Shown: one piece after another, positions 8,099 to 18,307 of the stretch
Numbering within the stretch: the first letter of the stretch is position 1
Layout: each line of letters opens with the position of its first letter
NCBI RefSeq assembly: GCF_000284455.1
Contig: NC_017039.1
Coordinates: 1,020,001 to 1,052,000, forward strand
Length of the DNA stretch: 32,000 bases
Reading direction: 5' to 3'
From: Synechocystis sp. PCC 6803 substr. PCC-P
GTDB taxonomy: Bacteria > Cyanobacteriota > Cyanobacteriia > Cyanobacteriales > Microcystaceae
Translations under genes and position numbers: made by a program
The notes under the pieces: model-generated
Seen by the model: only the letters and a program-made list of their open reading frames with translations
Databases searched by the model: none
What the model was told of the DNA's origin: nothing

Positions 8099-9586
8099 AT
8101 GGATCTGCTCTGCACCCGCCCCGGTTGTGCCCGTTTAAATTCTTTTCCTGACCTGGATAATCGCAATACTCTGCAAACAGTACAACAAAGGTTTTGCACC
8201 AGTTGTCGGATGCCACTAATTTTGGCGGGCAGATATTTGCCAGTGAAACTCCTGGGACAGGGGGGCTTTGGGGCGGCCTATCTGGCCCTAGATCGATTTA
8301 CCCCCACCATGCGTTTTTGTGTGGTGAAGCAATTTCAACCGTCAGGGAATTTAAATCAAGAGCAATTAGATTTGGCTTTGTCCCTATTTGAACGGGAAGC
8401 GGTGGTGTTGGAAAAGTTGGGCAATCGCCATGACCAGATTCCCGATTTATTTGCTTATTTTCCCCTGTTGGTGGACGATCCCCGCACTGGTAAACAGGAT
8501 CAGTTTTTTTATTTGGTGCAGGAATTTATTAACGGTCAGGATTTGGAAAAAACCGTTGAAAAACATGGCCCCCTGTCGGAAGCGGAAGTGCGTTGGGTGC
8601 TGACGGAAATGCTAAAAATTCTTAGTTTCGTCCACGGCACCGGAGCCATTCATCGGGATATTAAACCGTCTAATTTAATGCGGGACCAAGAGGGCAAATT
8701 GTATCTGTTGGATTTTGGCGCAGTAAAGCAAGCAACCGCCGGGGTGGGGGCCAGTAACGAAGGTTCCACGGGCATTTACTCCATGGGTTTTGCGCCACCG
8801 GAACAGATGGCTGGTAACCAGGTTTATCCCGCCACGGATTTATATGCTTTGGCTGTGACCTGTCTTTACCTGTTAACGGGCAAAACAGCCCAGGATTTGT
8901 ACGACGCTTACCATAACCAATGGAATTGGCGATCGCCTGGTTTGAAGGTGAGCCAGCCCTTGGCCGATGTGATTGACCGTTTGCTTTTACCCACTCCCAA
9001 GGACCGTTACGCCAGTGCGGAAGAGGTTTTGGCGGTGCTGAACGGCGGTAAAGGCAATCAGGGTAAAGCTCCGCCAGGGGCCACAGTTTCCACTCCCCAA
9101 GGTACCAATACCCAAATTCAACCAACCCCAGCAAGTTCTGCTTCTCCCCTAACAGCGCCAAAGACACCGGGTAAAATTAGCCAGGCGGTACAAAATTTGC
9201 CGGTTCTCAAAGTTCTGTTCCAAGGGGCTTTAACTGGTTCCGCTTTGGTTTTCTGGGGCATTATTGCTGTGAGCCTTTTTCCCCAGACCAATATTAGTTT
9301 GGGTATTTTGGGCATGGTGGTGGCGGGGATAATCTTGGCCCAATTCAAGCGTTGGTTAGAAGTAACGGAAATGTTGAGCCTCAATACCCTAACCATTCTG
9401 GCCCTATTAGCTGTGCCGGGTTTGAGCCGTTGGCCAAAGATTGTCGAACTAGCGACCCAACTTGATTTCCCGGTTCTAGTTACGGTCATTATTGCCGCTA
9501 TTGCCGGGGCGATCGCCGTAGTAGCAACCATTGCCCTATTTTTACTAATTCTCAAGCTACTTTTTGCAGTTTTAACCAGGGTTTGA
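8099..9586 (+). CDS. spkF: Hanks-type Ser/Thr protein kinase with an N-terminal 4-Cys module and a C-terminal multi-TM region
   Basis: Motifs LGQGGFGAAY, VVKQF, HRDIKPSNL, DFGAVK and PPE. The N-terminus carries C5-x4-C10 ... C33-x2-C36. The last ~130 residues are hydrophobic helices. From memory, the position between the ABC ATPase and purC matches slr1225 (spkF). Confidence 0.85.
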   Translation: MDLLCTRPGCARLNSFPDLDNRNTLQTVQQRFCTSCRMPLILAGRYLPVKLLGQGGFGAAYLALDRFTPTMRFCVVKQFQPSGNLNQEQLDLALSLFEREAVVLEKLGNRHDQIPDLFAYFPLLVDDPRTGKQDQFFYLVQEFINGQDLEKTVEKHGPLSEAEVRWVLTEMLKILSFVHGTGAIHRDIKPSNLMRDQEGKLYLLDFGAVKQATAGVGASNEGSTGIYSMGFAPPEQMAGNQVYPATDLYALAVTCLYLLTGKTAQDLYDAYHNQWNWRSPGLKVSQPLADVIDRLLLPTPKDRYASAEEVLAVLNGGKGNQGKAPPGATVSTPQGTNTQIQPTPASSASPLTAPKTPGKISQAVQNLPVLKVLFQGALTGSALVFWGIIAVSLFPQTNISLGILGMVVAGIILAQFKRWLEVTEMLSLNTLTILALLAVPGLSRWPKIVELATQLDFPVLVTVIIAAIAGAIAVVATIALFLLILKLLFAVLTRV

Positions 9587-9591
9587 AGGAT

Positions 9592-10338
9592 TCACACTGC
9601 CAGTTTGGGCCGGGAAAAAATCACCTGTAAACGGTCTAGATCCAACTCATCAAAACGGTCCACTGCCCAGTTAGCTTGCCTTTGCATAAAGTGATAGGGA
9701 TAGGTATGGGCAATGCCAACCACGGCCATACCGGCTTTTTTCGCCGCTTCAATGCCGGCAAAGGTATCTTCGATCGCCAGACAATTTTCCGGTAACAGGG
9801 GAGCGATGTCATCGAGCAAGCTATCGGTCACCGCTTGGCTCTGCCGCCATTGATTGAGTTTGTGAATAGCCAGTTGATAGCCATCCGGCTGGGGTTTACT
9901 GCTGGCAATATCATCCCCCGCCACAATGACTGGAAAGTACCTTGCTAGCCCAGCCCGGTCTAATCCGTATTCCACCTCTGACCTAACGGCCCCCGTCACC
10001 AAGGCGATCGCCAATCGTCGTAACTGCAACTTTTCGAGAAACTCCTTCAGTCCGCCATAGATGGGCAGGGTTTCCAGGGCCACCAGTTTTTGATGGTAGC
10101 TCTCCGCTTTGCGGTCAATTAGCTTTTGCAAATAGGCTTCCGTTAACCCCCGGCCCCGATGCTCAAACAAATCCACCAAACAAGCCCGGTCACTGCGGCC
10201 CAAACAAAACTGTTGGTACTCCGCTGGAGTGAGGGGACGCAAATTCTCAGTCAACAATAGCTCGTCAATCAGACTGCGATGGATCGCTTCATCGTTGATT
10301 ACCACGCCATTGAAGTCTAACAATACTGCCTTTAACAT
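9592..10338 (-). CDS. HAD-superfamily hydrolase (beta-phosphoglucomutase/CbbY-like subfamily IA)
   Basis: Motif I region LLDFNGVV, motif II LVTGA, and motif IV EDTFAGIEAAKKAGM. It converges on spkF with a 5-nt gap. Confidence 0.8.
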   Translation of the reverse strand: MLKAVLLDFNGVVINDEAIHRSLIDELLLTENLRPLTPAEYQQFCLGRSDRACLVDLFEHRGRGLTEAYLQKLIDRKAESYHQKLVALETLPIYGGLKEFLEKLQLRRLAIALVTGAVRSEVEYGLDRAGLARYFPVIVAGDDIASSKPQPDGYQLAIHKLNQWRQSQAVTDSLLDDIAPLLPENCLAIEDTFAGIEAAKKAGMAVVGIAHTYPYHFMQRQANWAVDRFDELDLDRLQVIFSRPKLAV

Positions 10339-10497
10339 CTGATTGGCTCCTCTTTCTCCCTAGGCCAATGGGGTCATCAAACCCCACATCACCATGGTAA
10401 TCTTTCCTTTCCTCCTACCAGGGATTAATGCCCATCTCCGCTAAAATCAGTGCAGATGTGGCCCCCAGAGCCCTCCATCCATTTTGGTAACTTTTCC

Positions 10498-11244
10498 ATG
10501 GAAAAACTGTACGAAGGCAAAGCAAAAATCCTCTACCCCACCGAGGACCCAGATGTACTGCTAACTATTTTTAAGGACGATGCCACCGCCTTTAATGCCC
10601 AAAAAAAAGGCCAGATCCAGGGCAAAGGAGCCATTAACTGCGCCATTTCAGCGGCCCTATTCCGGTGGTTAGAAACCCTAGGGATTCCCACTCATTACAT
10701 TGACTGCCCCCAAAATGACCAAATGTTGGTCAAAGCGGTGAACATCATTCCCCTGGAGGTTGTGGTGCGTAATATTGCCGCCGGCAGTCTTTGTAAGCAA
10801 ACCGGTTTGAAGGAAGGCTTAGTACTGCCCAATCCGTTGGTGGAGTTTTATTTCAAAGATGATGCCTTAGGGGATCCCCTCCTGACCTGGGAACGGGCCT
10901 TGCTGTTGGGGGTTACCGATGAAGCGAGATTACAGACCCTAAAGGACTTGGCTTTGAATATCAATCAGCATCTGCAGAGGTTTTTTGCCCAGTGCGATAT
11001 CACCTTAGTGGACTTTAAGTTAGAATTTGGCGGCGATCGCCAAGGGAAAATCATCTTAGCCGATGAAATTAGCCCGGATACCTGTCGTTTGTGGGATAAC
11101 GCCCAGGCGGATCCCCAGGCCAGAGTACTAGACAAAGATCGTTTCCGGCGGGATTTGGGCTCAATTGAAGCCGCTTATCAAACAGTGGAAAAACGGGTTT
11201 TAAGCCAAATTGAACGCCTGCAGTCCCAAATGGGTGCCTTCTGA
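10498..11244 (+). CDS. purC: Phosphoribosylaminoimidazole-succinocarboxamide synthase (SAICAR synthetase)
   Basis: MEKLYEGKAKILY..., FKDDATAFN, PLEVVVRN, GS and ILADEISPDTCRLWD are classic PurC blocks. I prefer ATG 10498 over the upstream track start at 10450. Confidence 0.9.
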   Translation: MEKLYEGKAKILYPTEDPDVLLTIFKDDATAFNAQKKGQIQGKGAINCAISAALFRWLETLGIPTHYIDCPQNDQMLVKAVNIIPLEVVVRNIAAGSLCKQTGLKEGLVLPNPLVEFYFKDDALGDPLLTWERALLLGVTDEARLQTLKDLALNINQHLQRFFAQCDITLVDFKLEFGGDRQGKIILADEISPDTCRLWDNAQADPQARVLDKDRFRRDLGSIEAAYQTVEKRVLSQIERLQSQMGAF

Positions 11245-11456
11245 TCATCGTTGCTTGGTGTGGAACCTTTCCAACGGGTCTGGGTCAACCTACCAGTTTA
11301 AAACCTTGCACAAACGGCTTGTCAGGAAACCGACAGGACTCGATAATGGGCAAGCAATCGCGGCGAATCTCTAGCCATCGCGGCGTTGTTTTTGGGTATT
11401 TTTCCATACCCCCCGTGTCCGTATTAATATTAATGGCTTGAATTGGGTGTCAGGAC

Positions 11457-14042
11457 GTGTCAAACCAGAACAAAAGCGTGATTCTTTCTCCTTACTATCG
11501 ACTTCTTTTGTTAACCAGTGGTCTTGTTCTGGGGGCATCTCCAGCCCAGGCAACTCAGGCATTTTCCCCCCTAAATATGTTGGCCGATGGGGACAACACG
11601 GAGCTATTAGTTTCGCCATCTTCAGAACTTAATTTCCCCGGCCCCACTTCCGAGTCAGAAGCTTCTAATTATTCAACTCTCCAGGAAGCTGCCCCCTCCG
11701 TCATAAACGCCCTCAATGGCGAGAATGGCGAGATCAGTGTTATCCCTCCTGAAATTGAGCAAATTGACGGCGATCGCCTGGGCCAGACAATGGAGATTAG
11801 TGCGGGTAATTTAGATGTCGGGGTTGATGATTTGCCCCCCATGGCCCCCGTTGATTCCGCGGAATTAGCTCAAGCTAACGAATTACCCCATGGCAATGCC
11901 GTTGCACAGGTTGCTCCAAGGGTAGCCCAGGTAGAACAGGAAAATTTAATCGCCGAAACAAAGACCGATAACCAGACCGATCACGTTGAGCCGCAATCAC
12001 CACTGATGGCCCAGGCCGCAGTGGAAGAAGAAGTTGAAGCGGTAGAAATGGAGGCAACGGAGGAAACCACCGGAGTAACGGAAGAAACGCCGGAGGAAAC
12101 TCCCTCTTTTACCCCCGATGCCCCTCCCACTAACACCGAGGGAACCCCGGGACCCACCCAGACACTGCCTAGTTTTACCCCTCCAGCCAGTCCTAGTACT
12201 ACTACCCCAGCCCCAGCCGAGGAAGAACCAAGGGTATTGGTCAGTGAAGTATTGGTTACCGGCACCACCCCGGAACTGGAGTTGCTGGTTTATAACGCCA
12301 TTCGCACCCAACCAGGCCGGACCACTACCCGTACTCAGTTGCAGGAGGACGTCAACGCCATCTATGCCACCGGCTATTTTAGTAATGTGCGGGTAGCCCC
12401 CAGTGATACCCCTCTAGGGGTGAGGGTGACCTTTGAAGTCCAGGCTAACCCCGTTTTCACCGGCTTGAACATACGCACAGTACCGGAAACGGCCGAAGGC
12501 AAGGAACGAATTCTGCCCCAGGAAGTGGTGGACGAAACCTTTGGGGAACAGTACGGCAAAATTCTCAACCTACGAGAATTACAAGAGGGCATTAAAACCA
12601 TCAATGAATGGTATTCCAACCAGGGTTATGACCTGGCCCAGGTGGTGGGGTCTCCCCAGGTGGGGGCTGATGGCCAGGTAACCTTGGTCATTGCCGAGGG
12701 CATTGTGGAGAATATCCAAGTGCGCTTTTTTGACTCGGAAGACGAGCCGGTGCAGGGCAGAACCAGGGATTTCATCATCACCAGGGAAATGCGCTTGAAG
12801 CCGGGGGACGTTTTTAACCGCAATCGAGCCCAAACGGACTTACAGCGGGTGTATAGCCTGGGACTGTTTGAAGATGTCAGGTTATCATTTAATCCCGGCA
12901 GTGATCCCACTGAAGTAATTGTCAACGTTGATGTAGTAGAAGGCAATACGGGATCGATCGCCGCCGGGGGGGGGATCAGTAGCAGCAGTGGGCTATTTGG
13001 TACCATCAGTTACCAGGAAAGAAATCTGGGGGGCAACAACCAAACCATTGGGGTGGAAGCCCAAGTAGGTCAAAGGGAGTTGTTGTTTGATGTTAGCTTT
13101 ACCGACCCGTGGATTGGTGGCGATCCATTCCGCACTTCCTACACTGCTAACCTTTTCCGCCGCCGGACCATTTCCCTCGTTTTTGACGGGGCTGATTCTT
13201 CCATTCGTACCTTTAACGGCTTTGACAGTCCTAGGGTTGTACGTACTGGTTTAGGGCTGACCTTTTTTAGACCGATCGCCGATGATGTGTTTGCCCCACC
13301 GGATTGGCGTTTGTCAGCGGGTTTTGGCTATCAAAATGTCCGCATTGAAAATGCCGCCGGGGCCCTGTCTCCCTTTTCTGCCCCTTTAAATGGTTTTAAT
13401 TCCCAGCCCCTGTCCTTCAGTGATTATGGGGTGGATGAGCTGTTTACCCTCTCCTTTGGTGCTTCCCAGGATAATCGCAACAATGCTTTGCAACCCACCA
13501 GTGGTTCCCTAGTGCGCTTTGGGGCAGAACAAACTATTCCCGTTGGCACCGGCAACATTATGATGACCCGGTTGCGGGGTAGTTATAGCTACTACATTCC
13601 AGTTAACTGGCTGGATTTGACCGGCTTTGGCCTTGTGGAATCCACCCAGCCCCAAACGGTGGCTTTCAACGTGCAAGCGGGAACTGTGCTGGGGGATTTA
13701 CCACCCTATGAAGCTTTCATTTTGGGGGGTAGTAACTCCGTGCGGGGTTATCAAGAAGGGGAACTGGGCAATGGTCGTAGTTTCTTCCAAGCTACGGCAG
13801 AATATCGTTTTCCCATTATCGCAGCGGTGGGAGGAGCTTTGTTTGTGGACTACGGCTCTAACCTTGGTTCCCAGGGCGCTGTACCAGGTTTTCCGGCGAT
13901 CGTTAGAGGTTTGCCCGGTTCCGGTGTGGGCTACGGTTTAGGGGTAAGAATCCAGTCCCCCGTAGGGCCCATCCGCATTGACCTAGGCTTTACTGGAGAG
14001 GGAGAATCCCGCATTAACTTCGGTATTGGCGAGAAGTTCTAG
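11457..14042 (+). CDS. Omp85/BamA-family outer-membrane protein (cyanobacterial Toc75 homologue type)
   Basis: 861-aa ORF with a GTG start. It has a signal-like N-terminus, a long Pro/Thr/Glu-rich linker, POTRA-like repeats (VLVSEVLVTG, GIVENIQVRF) and a C-terminal beta-barrel ending in ...RINFGIGEKF (terminal Phe). Confidence 0.9.
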   Translation: MSNQNKSVILSPYYRLLLLTSGLVLGASPAQATQAFSPLNMLADGDNTELLVSPSSELNFPGPTSESEASNYSTLQEAAPSVINALNGENGEISVIPPEIEQIDGDRLGQTMEISAGNLDVGVDDLPPMAPVDSAELAQANELPHGNAVAQVAPRVAQVEQENLIAETKTDNQTDHVEPQSPLMAQAAVEEEVEAVEMEATEETTGVTEETPEETPSFTPDAPPTNTEGTPGPTQTLPSFTPPASPSTTTPAPAEEEPRVLVSEVLVTGTTPELELLVYNAIRTQPGRTTTRTQLQEDVNAIYATGYFSNVRVAPSDTPLGVRVTFEVQANPVFTGLNIRTVPETAEGKERILPQEVVDETFGEQYGKILNLRELQEGIKTINEWYSNQGYDLAQVVGSPQVGADGQVTLVIAEGIVENIQVRFFDSEDEPVQGRTRDFIITREMRLKPGDVFNRNRAQTDLQRVYSLGLFEDVRLSFNPGSDPTEVIVNVDVVEGNTGSIAAGGGISSSSGLFGTISYQERNLGGNNQTIGVEAQVGQRELLFDVSFTDPWIGGDPFRTSYTANLFRRRTISLVFDGADSSIRTFNGFDSPRVVRTGLGLTFFRPIADDVFAPPDWRLSAGFGYQNVRIENAAGALSPFSAPLNGFNSQPLSFSDYGVDELFTLSFGASQDNRNNALQPTSGSLVRFGAEQTIPVGTGNIMMTRLRGSYSYYIPVNWLDLTGFGLVESTQPQTVAFNVQAGTVLGDLPPYEAFILGGSNSVRGYQEGELGNGRSFFQATAEYRFPIIAAVGGALFVDYGSNLGSQGAVPGFPAIVRGLPGSGVGYGLGVRIQSPVGPIRIDLGFTGEGESRINFGIGEKF

Positions 14043-14156
14043 GGCAAAACCCAACCCACCATTGGACAGATCCGCTGTTAACTTGAGACAATGTTTGCAG
14101 CTAGAGCCTAGAAAGAGTGGGCCCATTGCTAATGCCCGCTTATTTTTTCCCATCGC

Positions 14157-15800
14157 ATGCAAACTTCCCCATCTTCCACTGCGCCGTGTGCGGACAAAGC
14201 CCTGGACGATCTTTTGAAAGAGGTCGATCGCCGTCGTAATTTTGCCATCATTTCCCACCCCGATGCGGGGAAAACTACCCTAACGGAAAAATTGTTGTTG
14301 TATGGGGGCGCAATTCAGGAGGCGGGGGCCGTGAAAGCTCGCCGTAGTCAGCGCAGTGCCACGTCCGACTGGATGGCCATGGAGCAACAGCGGGGTATTT
14401 CCATCACTTCCACCGTGCTGCAGTTCGACTACCGGGGCAAAATTCTTAACTTGTTGGATACCCCAGGGCACCAAGATTTTAGTGAAGATACCTACCGTAC
14501 CTTGGCCGCAGCAGACAACGCGGTGATGTTAATTGATGCCGCTAAGGGGTTAGAAACCCAAACCCGCAAACTGTTTGAAGTGTGTCGTCTGCGCCATCTG
14601 CCCATTTTCACTTTTATTAACAAGCTCGATCGCCCCAGCTTGACCCCCCTGGAATTGATGGACGAAATTGAACAGGAATTGGGCATGAACACCTATGCGG
14701 TCAACTATCCCATCGGCACCGGCGATCGGTTTCGGGGCGTTTACAACCGTTTAACCAAAACTATCCATTTGTTTGAGCGAACGGGCACCCACGGCAGCAA
14801 AAAAGCTGCGGATCAGACCATGGCCCTAGATGATCCGGCCCTGGAATCATTGCTAGGTAGTGATGTGTACGCCGAATTTCAAGATGAGTTGGAATTAATC
14901 GAAGAAGCGGGGGCCGAATTTGATTTAGCCGCCGTCCATGGCGGAGAAATGACCCCGGTATTTTTTGGCAGTGCCATGAATAACTTTGGCGTAGAACTAT
15001 TTTTGCAAGCGTTTTTGCAGTATGCCGCTAAGCCCGAAGCCCATGACAGTAACCGAGGAACTATTGAACCCACCTATGAAGAATTTTCCGGTTTTGTCTT
15101 TAAACTCCAGGCCAATATGGACCCTAAACACCGGGACCGCATTGCCTTTTTGCGGGTTTGTTCTGGTAAATTTGAAAAGGATATGGTGGTAAAACATCCC
15201 CGAACGGGCAAAACAGTGCGTTTATCCCGACCCCAAAAACTTTTTGCCCAGGAACGGGAATCGGTGGACATTGCCTATGCGGGGGACGTGATTGGTTTAA
15301 ATAATCCGGGGGCATTCACCATCGGCGATACGGTTCATACTGGCGAAAAAATAATTTATCCCCCCATTCCATCCTTTTCTCCTGAGCTATTTGCCTATCT
15401 CAGATCCACCGATCCTAGTCAGTATAAAAACTTTAAGAAAGGGGTATCAGAGTTACAGGAAGAAGGGGCGGTGCAAATTCTCCAATCCCTGGATGAAAGT
15501 AAACGAGATCCTATTTTGGCCGCGGTGGGACAATTGCAATTTGAAGTGGTACAGTATCGCCTCCAGGAAGAGTACGGAGTAGAAACCAGATTAGAGCCCC
15601 TTGGTTTTTCCCTGGCCCGCTGGGTGGTGGAAGGTTGGGATGCCCTGGAAAAAGCGGGACGGTTATTCAATACGGTGGTGGTCAAAGATCGCTGGGATGC
15701 GCCAGTTTTACTGTTTAAAAATCAGTGGAATTTGGAACAAGTGGCAGGGGATTGTCTTGATTTAAAACTAAGTGCGATTGCCATTCCCCCTTCCTTATAA
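14157..15800 (+). CDS. prfC: Peptide chain release factor 3 (translational GTPase)
   Basis: G1 [10 protein letters not shown]3 DTPGH, G4 NKLD, plus the RF3-typical blocks [23 protein letters not shown] and [16 protein letters not shown]. Confidence 0.9.
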   Translation: MQTSPSSTAPCADKALDDLLKEVDRRRNFAIISHPDAGKTTLTEKLLLYGGAIQEAGAVKARRSQRSATSDWMAMEQQRGISITSTVLQFDYRGKILNLLDTPGHQDFSEDTYRTLAAADNAVMLIDAAKGLETQTRKLFEVCRLRHLPIFTFINKLDRPSLTPLELMDEIEQELGMNTYAVNYPIGTGDRFRGVYNRLTKTIHLFERTGTHGSKKAADQTMALDDPALESLLGSDVYAEFQDELELIEEAGAEFDLAAVHGGEMTPVFFGSAMNNFGVELFLQAFLQYAAKPEAHDSNRGTIEPTYEEFSGFVFKLQANMDPKHRDRIAFLRVCSGKFEKDMVVKHPRTGKTVRLSRPQKLFAQERESVDIAYAGDVIGLNNPGAFTIGDTVHTGEKIIYPPIPSFSPELFAYLRSTDPSQYKNFKKGVSELQEEGAVQILQSLDESKRDPILAAVGQLQFEVVQYRLQEEYGVETRLEPLGFSLARWVVEGWDALEKAGRLFNTVVVKDRWDAPVLLFKNQWNLEQVAGDCLDLKLSAIAIPPSL

Positions 15801-15847
15801 AAATTCTCGCGAAAAATCTTGTAAAAGACTAAGTTTTAGACCGAATA

Positions 15848-17344
15848 ATGATCAATTGGACGATATTAAAGCGGGAGTGGTTTCGCAATACCAAGGAAGA
15901 TTTGTTGGCCGGGGCTGTGGTGGGTTTGGCCCTTATCCCCGAGGCGATCGCCTTTTCCATCATTGCTGGGGTTGACCCCAAGGTGGGACTTTATGCTTCC
16001 TTCACCATTGCTGTGTTGACGGCCTTTTTTGGTGGGCGATCGGGGTCTATTTCTGCCGCTACAGGGGCCATGGCCCTATTAATGGTGGATTTAGTCAAAG
16101 ACCACGGTTTGCAGTACCTGCTGGCCGCCACCGTACTGACGGGAATTTTTCAGGTTTTGTTGGGGGTTTTTAAAGTTGCTAAGCAAATGCGCTACGTCCC
16201 CAGGGCGGTGGTGTTGGGTTACATCAATGCTTTAGCCGTGTTGATTTTTTTGGCCCAGCTACCCCAGCTAGACCCGACTAAAGTTAGTCAATATTGGTTA
16301 GTTTATTTAATCTTGGCCTGTTCCCTAGCAATTATTTATATTCTGCCCACGTTTACCAAGGTTTTTCCCTCTCCTTTGGTGGCTTTATTTGTGATGACCA
16401 ATGCCACTATTTTCTTGCAACTAGATGTGCCCACTGTGGGAGATATGGGGGAGTTACCTGGGAGTCTACCAATTTTTTTACTACCCCAAATTCCCTTTAA
16501 TTGGCAAACTTTACAAATTATTTTGCCCTATTCCCTTACCCTGGCGATCGTTGGGTTGCTGGCTTCCTTTTTAACCGCATCTTTAGTGGATGAATTGACC
16601 GATACCCCCAGCGACAAAAACCGCGAAGCCAAAGGCCAGGGTATTGCCAATATTGTCACTGGTTTTTTTGGTGGCATGGCGGGCTGTGGCATGATTGGCC
16701 AATCAGTCATCAATGTGCAATCCGGCGGTCGGGGCCGGTTATCCACCTTTGCGGCGGGAATTTTTCTCTTAATTGCTATTTTGGGGTTAAAGGACTGGGT
16801 GCAACAAATGCCCATGGCAACCTTAGTAGCTGTGATGATTATGGTTTCCATTGGCACTTTTCGTTGGTCTTCCCTGCGGGACTTCCGTAAAATTCCCCAG
16901 AGCGAAAACATTGTTATGTTCACCACCATGGGGCTAATTATTATCACTCGTAACTTTGCCCTGGGGGTGGCGGCAGGCATTATTATGAGTACGATCTTTT
17001 TTACCCGCAAAATTGCCCAACTTGTTTTTGTGGATAGGGTTTTAACAGAGGATGAAAACCACCGTATTTATAATGTCTCTGGTCAAATTTTCTTCGTTTC
17101 CAAAGAAGAATTCCTTGAAGCCTTTGATTTTGACGAATTGGTAGACCGGGTTACCATCGATTTAACCCATGCCCATCTCTGGGACCAGGGGGCAGTGGGC
17201 ACAGTGGAGCAAATCATGACCAAGTTCCGGCGCAATGGCATTGATGTGGAATTGGTGGGTTTAAACGGAGCGAGTGCGACCCTTTGGCAAAAATTGATCA
17301 AGGAACCGGAACTAAAACTGATTAATTCTTCTGCTGAAAATTAA
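15848..17344 (+). CDS. SulP-family anion (sulfate/bicarbonate-type) transporter with a C-terminal STAS domain
   Basis: 498 aa. The core is polytopic ([23 protein letters not shown]) and the C-terminus is STAS-like ([11 protein letters not shown] ... [10 protein letters not shown]). It lies 47 nt downstream of prfC. Confidence 0.85.
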   Translation: MINWTILKREWFRNTKEDLLAGAVVGLALIPEAIAFSIIAGVDPKVGLYASFTIAVLTAFFGGRSGSISAATGAMALLMVDLVKDHGLQYLLAATVLTGIFQVLLGVFKVAKQMRYVPRAVVLGYINALAVLIFLAQLPQLDPTKVSQYWLVYLILACSLAIIYILPTFTKVFPSPLVALFVMTNATIFLQLDVPTVGDMGELPGSLPIFLLPQIPFNWQTLQIILPYSLTLAIVGLLASFLTASLVDELTDTPSDKNREAKGQGIANIVTGFFGGMAGCGMIGQSVINVQSGGRGRLSTFAAGIFLLIAILGLKDWVQQMPMATLVAVMIMVSIGTFRWSSLRDFRKIPQSENIVMFTTMGLIIITRNFALGVAAGIIMSTIFFTRKIAQLVFVDRVLTEDENHRIYNVSGQIFFVSKEEFLEAFDFDELVDRVTIDLTHAHLWDQGAVGTVEQIMTKFRRNGIDVELVGLNGASATLWQKLIKEPELKLINSSAEN

Positions 17345-17443
17345 GGTTTGATATCAGTACTGAACTAGAGCGAAATTGGGGGAACTGGCCACGCTTTTTT
17401 AAAACTTACACATCACTAATTATTTTTTGGGAATGTTACCATT

Positions 17444-18307
17444 GTGAAAAATATTTTGCTTTGCACTGATGGATCGGATTTCGCTCAGCAAAGTTATCCC
17501 TACGCCGCCTGGTTAGCCAGTAAATTAGGCGGCAATATCAAGGTTTTATACGTTACTGATATCCGGGCCCAAAAGGCAGTGGAATCGGTCAATTTGAGTG
17601 GCAGTATTGGCTTAGGAACTTCTGAAGAATTATTAAAACAATTGGTGGATTTAGAACATACTAAAGCCAAACTTAATCATCAAAAGGCGAAACTGGTCCT
17701 GGCAACGGCTAAAAACACTCTCCAGCAAGCTGGCATAGAATCGGTGCAGGTTATGCACAAAACAGGTTTTTTATTGGATTGTCTAGAAGATTTGAAGGGC
17801 GATTTTGATGTAATTATCCTGGGGAAAAGAGGGGAAACAGCTAAATTTGCCCAGGGCCATTTGGGAGCCAATATGGAGAGAATTATTCGCAGTATTCCCA
17901 AGCCCTGTTTGGTTACTCCAAAGCAGTTTCAAACCATTACCAAAGTTCTTTTTGCCTATGACGGTAGTGCCAGTTGCCAAAAAATTCTGCAGTTTTTGGC
18001 CGGTTCCTCCCTGTTGGCTGATTTGCCCCTACACATTGTCACGGTGGGGAAAACCAACCAAGACCCCCAGGCGATCGCCAATTTGGGTACAGCCGAAAAA
18101 GTCTTGGAAAAAGCTGGTTTTAAGCTCGAGGTGGAATTGTTGGTGGGCCATGCGGAAGAAGCCATTGTTCGTTACCAGGAAGATAACGCCATTGATTTAT
18201 TGTTAATGGGGGCCCATGGCCATAGCCGTATTCGCCATTTGGTTATCGGTAGTACCACCGCCCAAGTTCTACGAAAAACTTCCATTCCGGTTCTAACCTT
18301 TCGCTAG
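17444..18307 (+). CDS. Tandem universal stress protein (two UspA domains)
   Basis: GTG start. Each half ends in a Usp ATP-binding type motif (ILGKRGE..., LLMGAHGHSRIRHLVIGSTTAQVL). Confidence 0.8.
   Translation: MKNILLCTDGSDFAQQSYPYAAWLASKLGGNIKVLYVTDIRAQKAVESVNLSGSIGLGTSEELLKQLVDLEHTKAKLNHQKAKLVLATAKNTLQQAGIESVQVMHKTGFLLDCLEDLKGDFDVIILGKRGETAKFAQGHLGANMERIIRSIPKPCLVTPKQFQTITKVLFAYDGSASCQKILQFLAGSSLLADLPLHIVTVGKTNQDPQAIANLGTAEKVLEKAGFKLEVELLVGHAEEAIVRYQEDNAIDLLLMGAHGHSRIRHLVIGSTTAQVLRKTSIPVLTFR

Noticed and set aside
8670-9167. Long antisense or out-of-frame ORFs nested in recognisable genes. Examples are 8670..9167 and 9118..9555 in spkF, 16528..17010 in the SulP gene, 6220..6633 in the epimerase gene, 12626..13006 and 11981..12311 in the Omp85 gene, 4317..4673 in pcrA, 21107..21484 and 22144..22479 in sdhA, and 568..966.
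   Set aside because: Each lies wholly inside a longer ORF whose product has clear family motifs. Their translations are low-complexity (Pro/Arg/Ser/Gly-rich), as expected for shadow frames.
11371-11632. ORFs 11371..11619 (minus strand) and 11438..11632 (plus strand) around the Omp85 start.
   Set aside because: They overlap the 5' end of the 861-aa Omp85 ORF, and their translations have no features. The GTG start at 11457 followed by a signal-like sequence explains the region.
12055-12230. Pro/Thr/Glu-rich stretch in the Omp85 protein (EETPEETPSFTPDAPPTNTEGTPGPTQTLPSFTPPASPSTTTPAPAEEEP) as a possible separate feature.
   Set aside because: As far as I recall, proline-rich N-terminal linkers before the POTRA domains are a known trait of cyanobacterial Omp85 proteins. 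I treated it as part of the gene and not as an anomaly.
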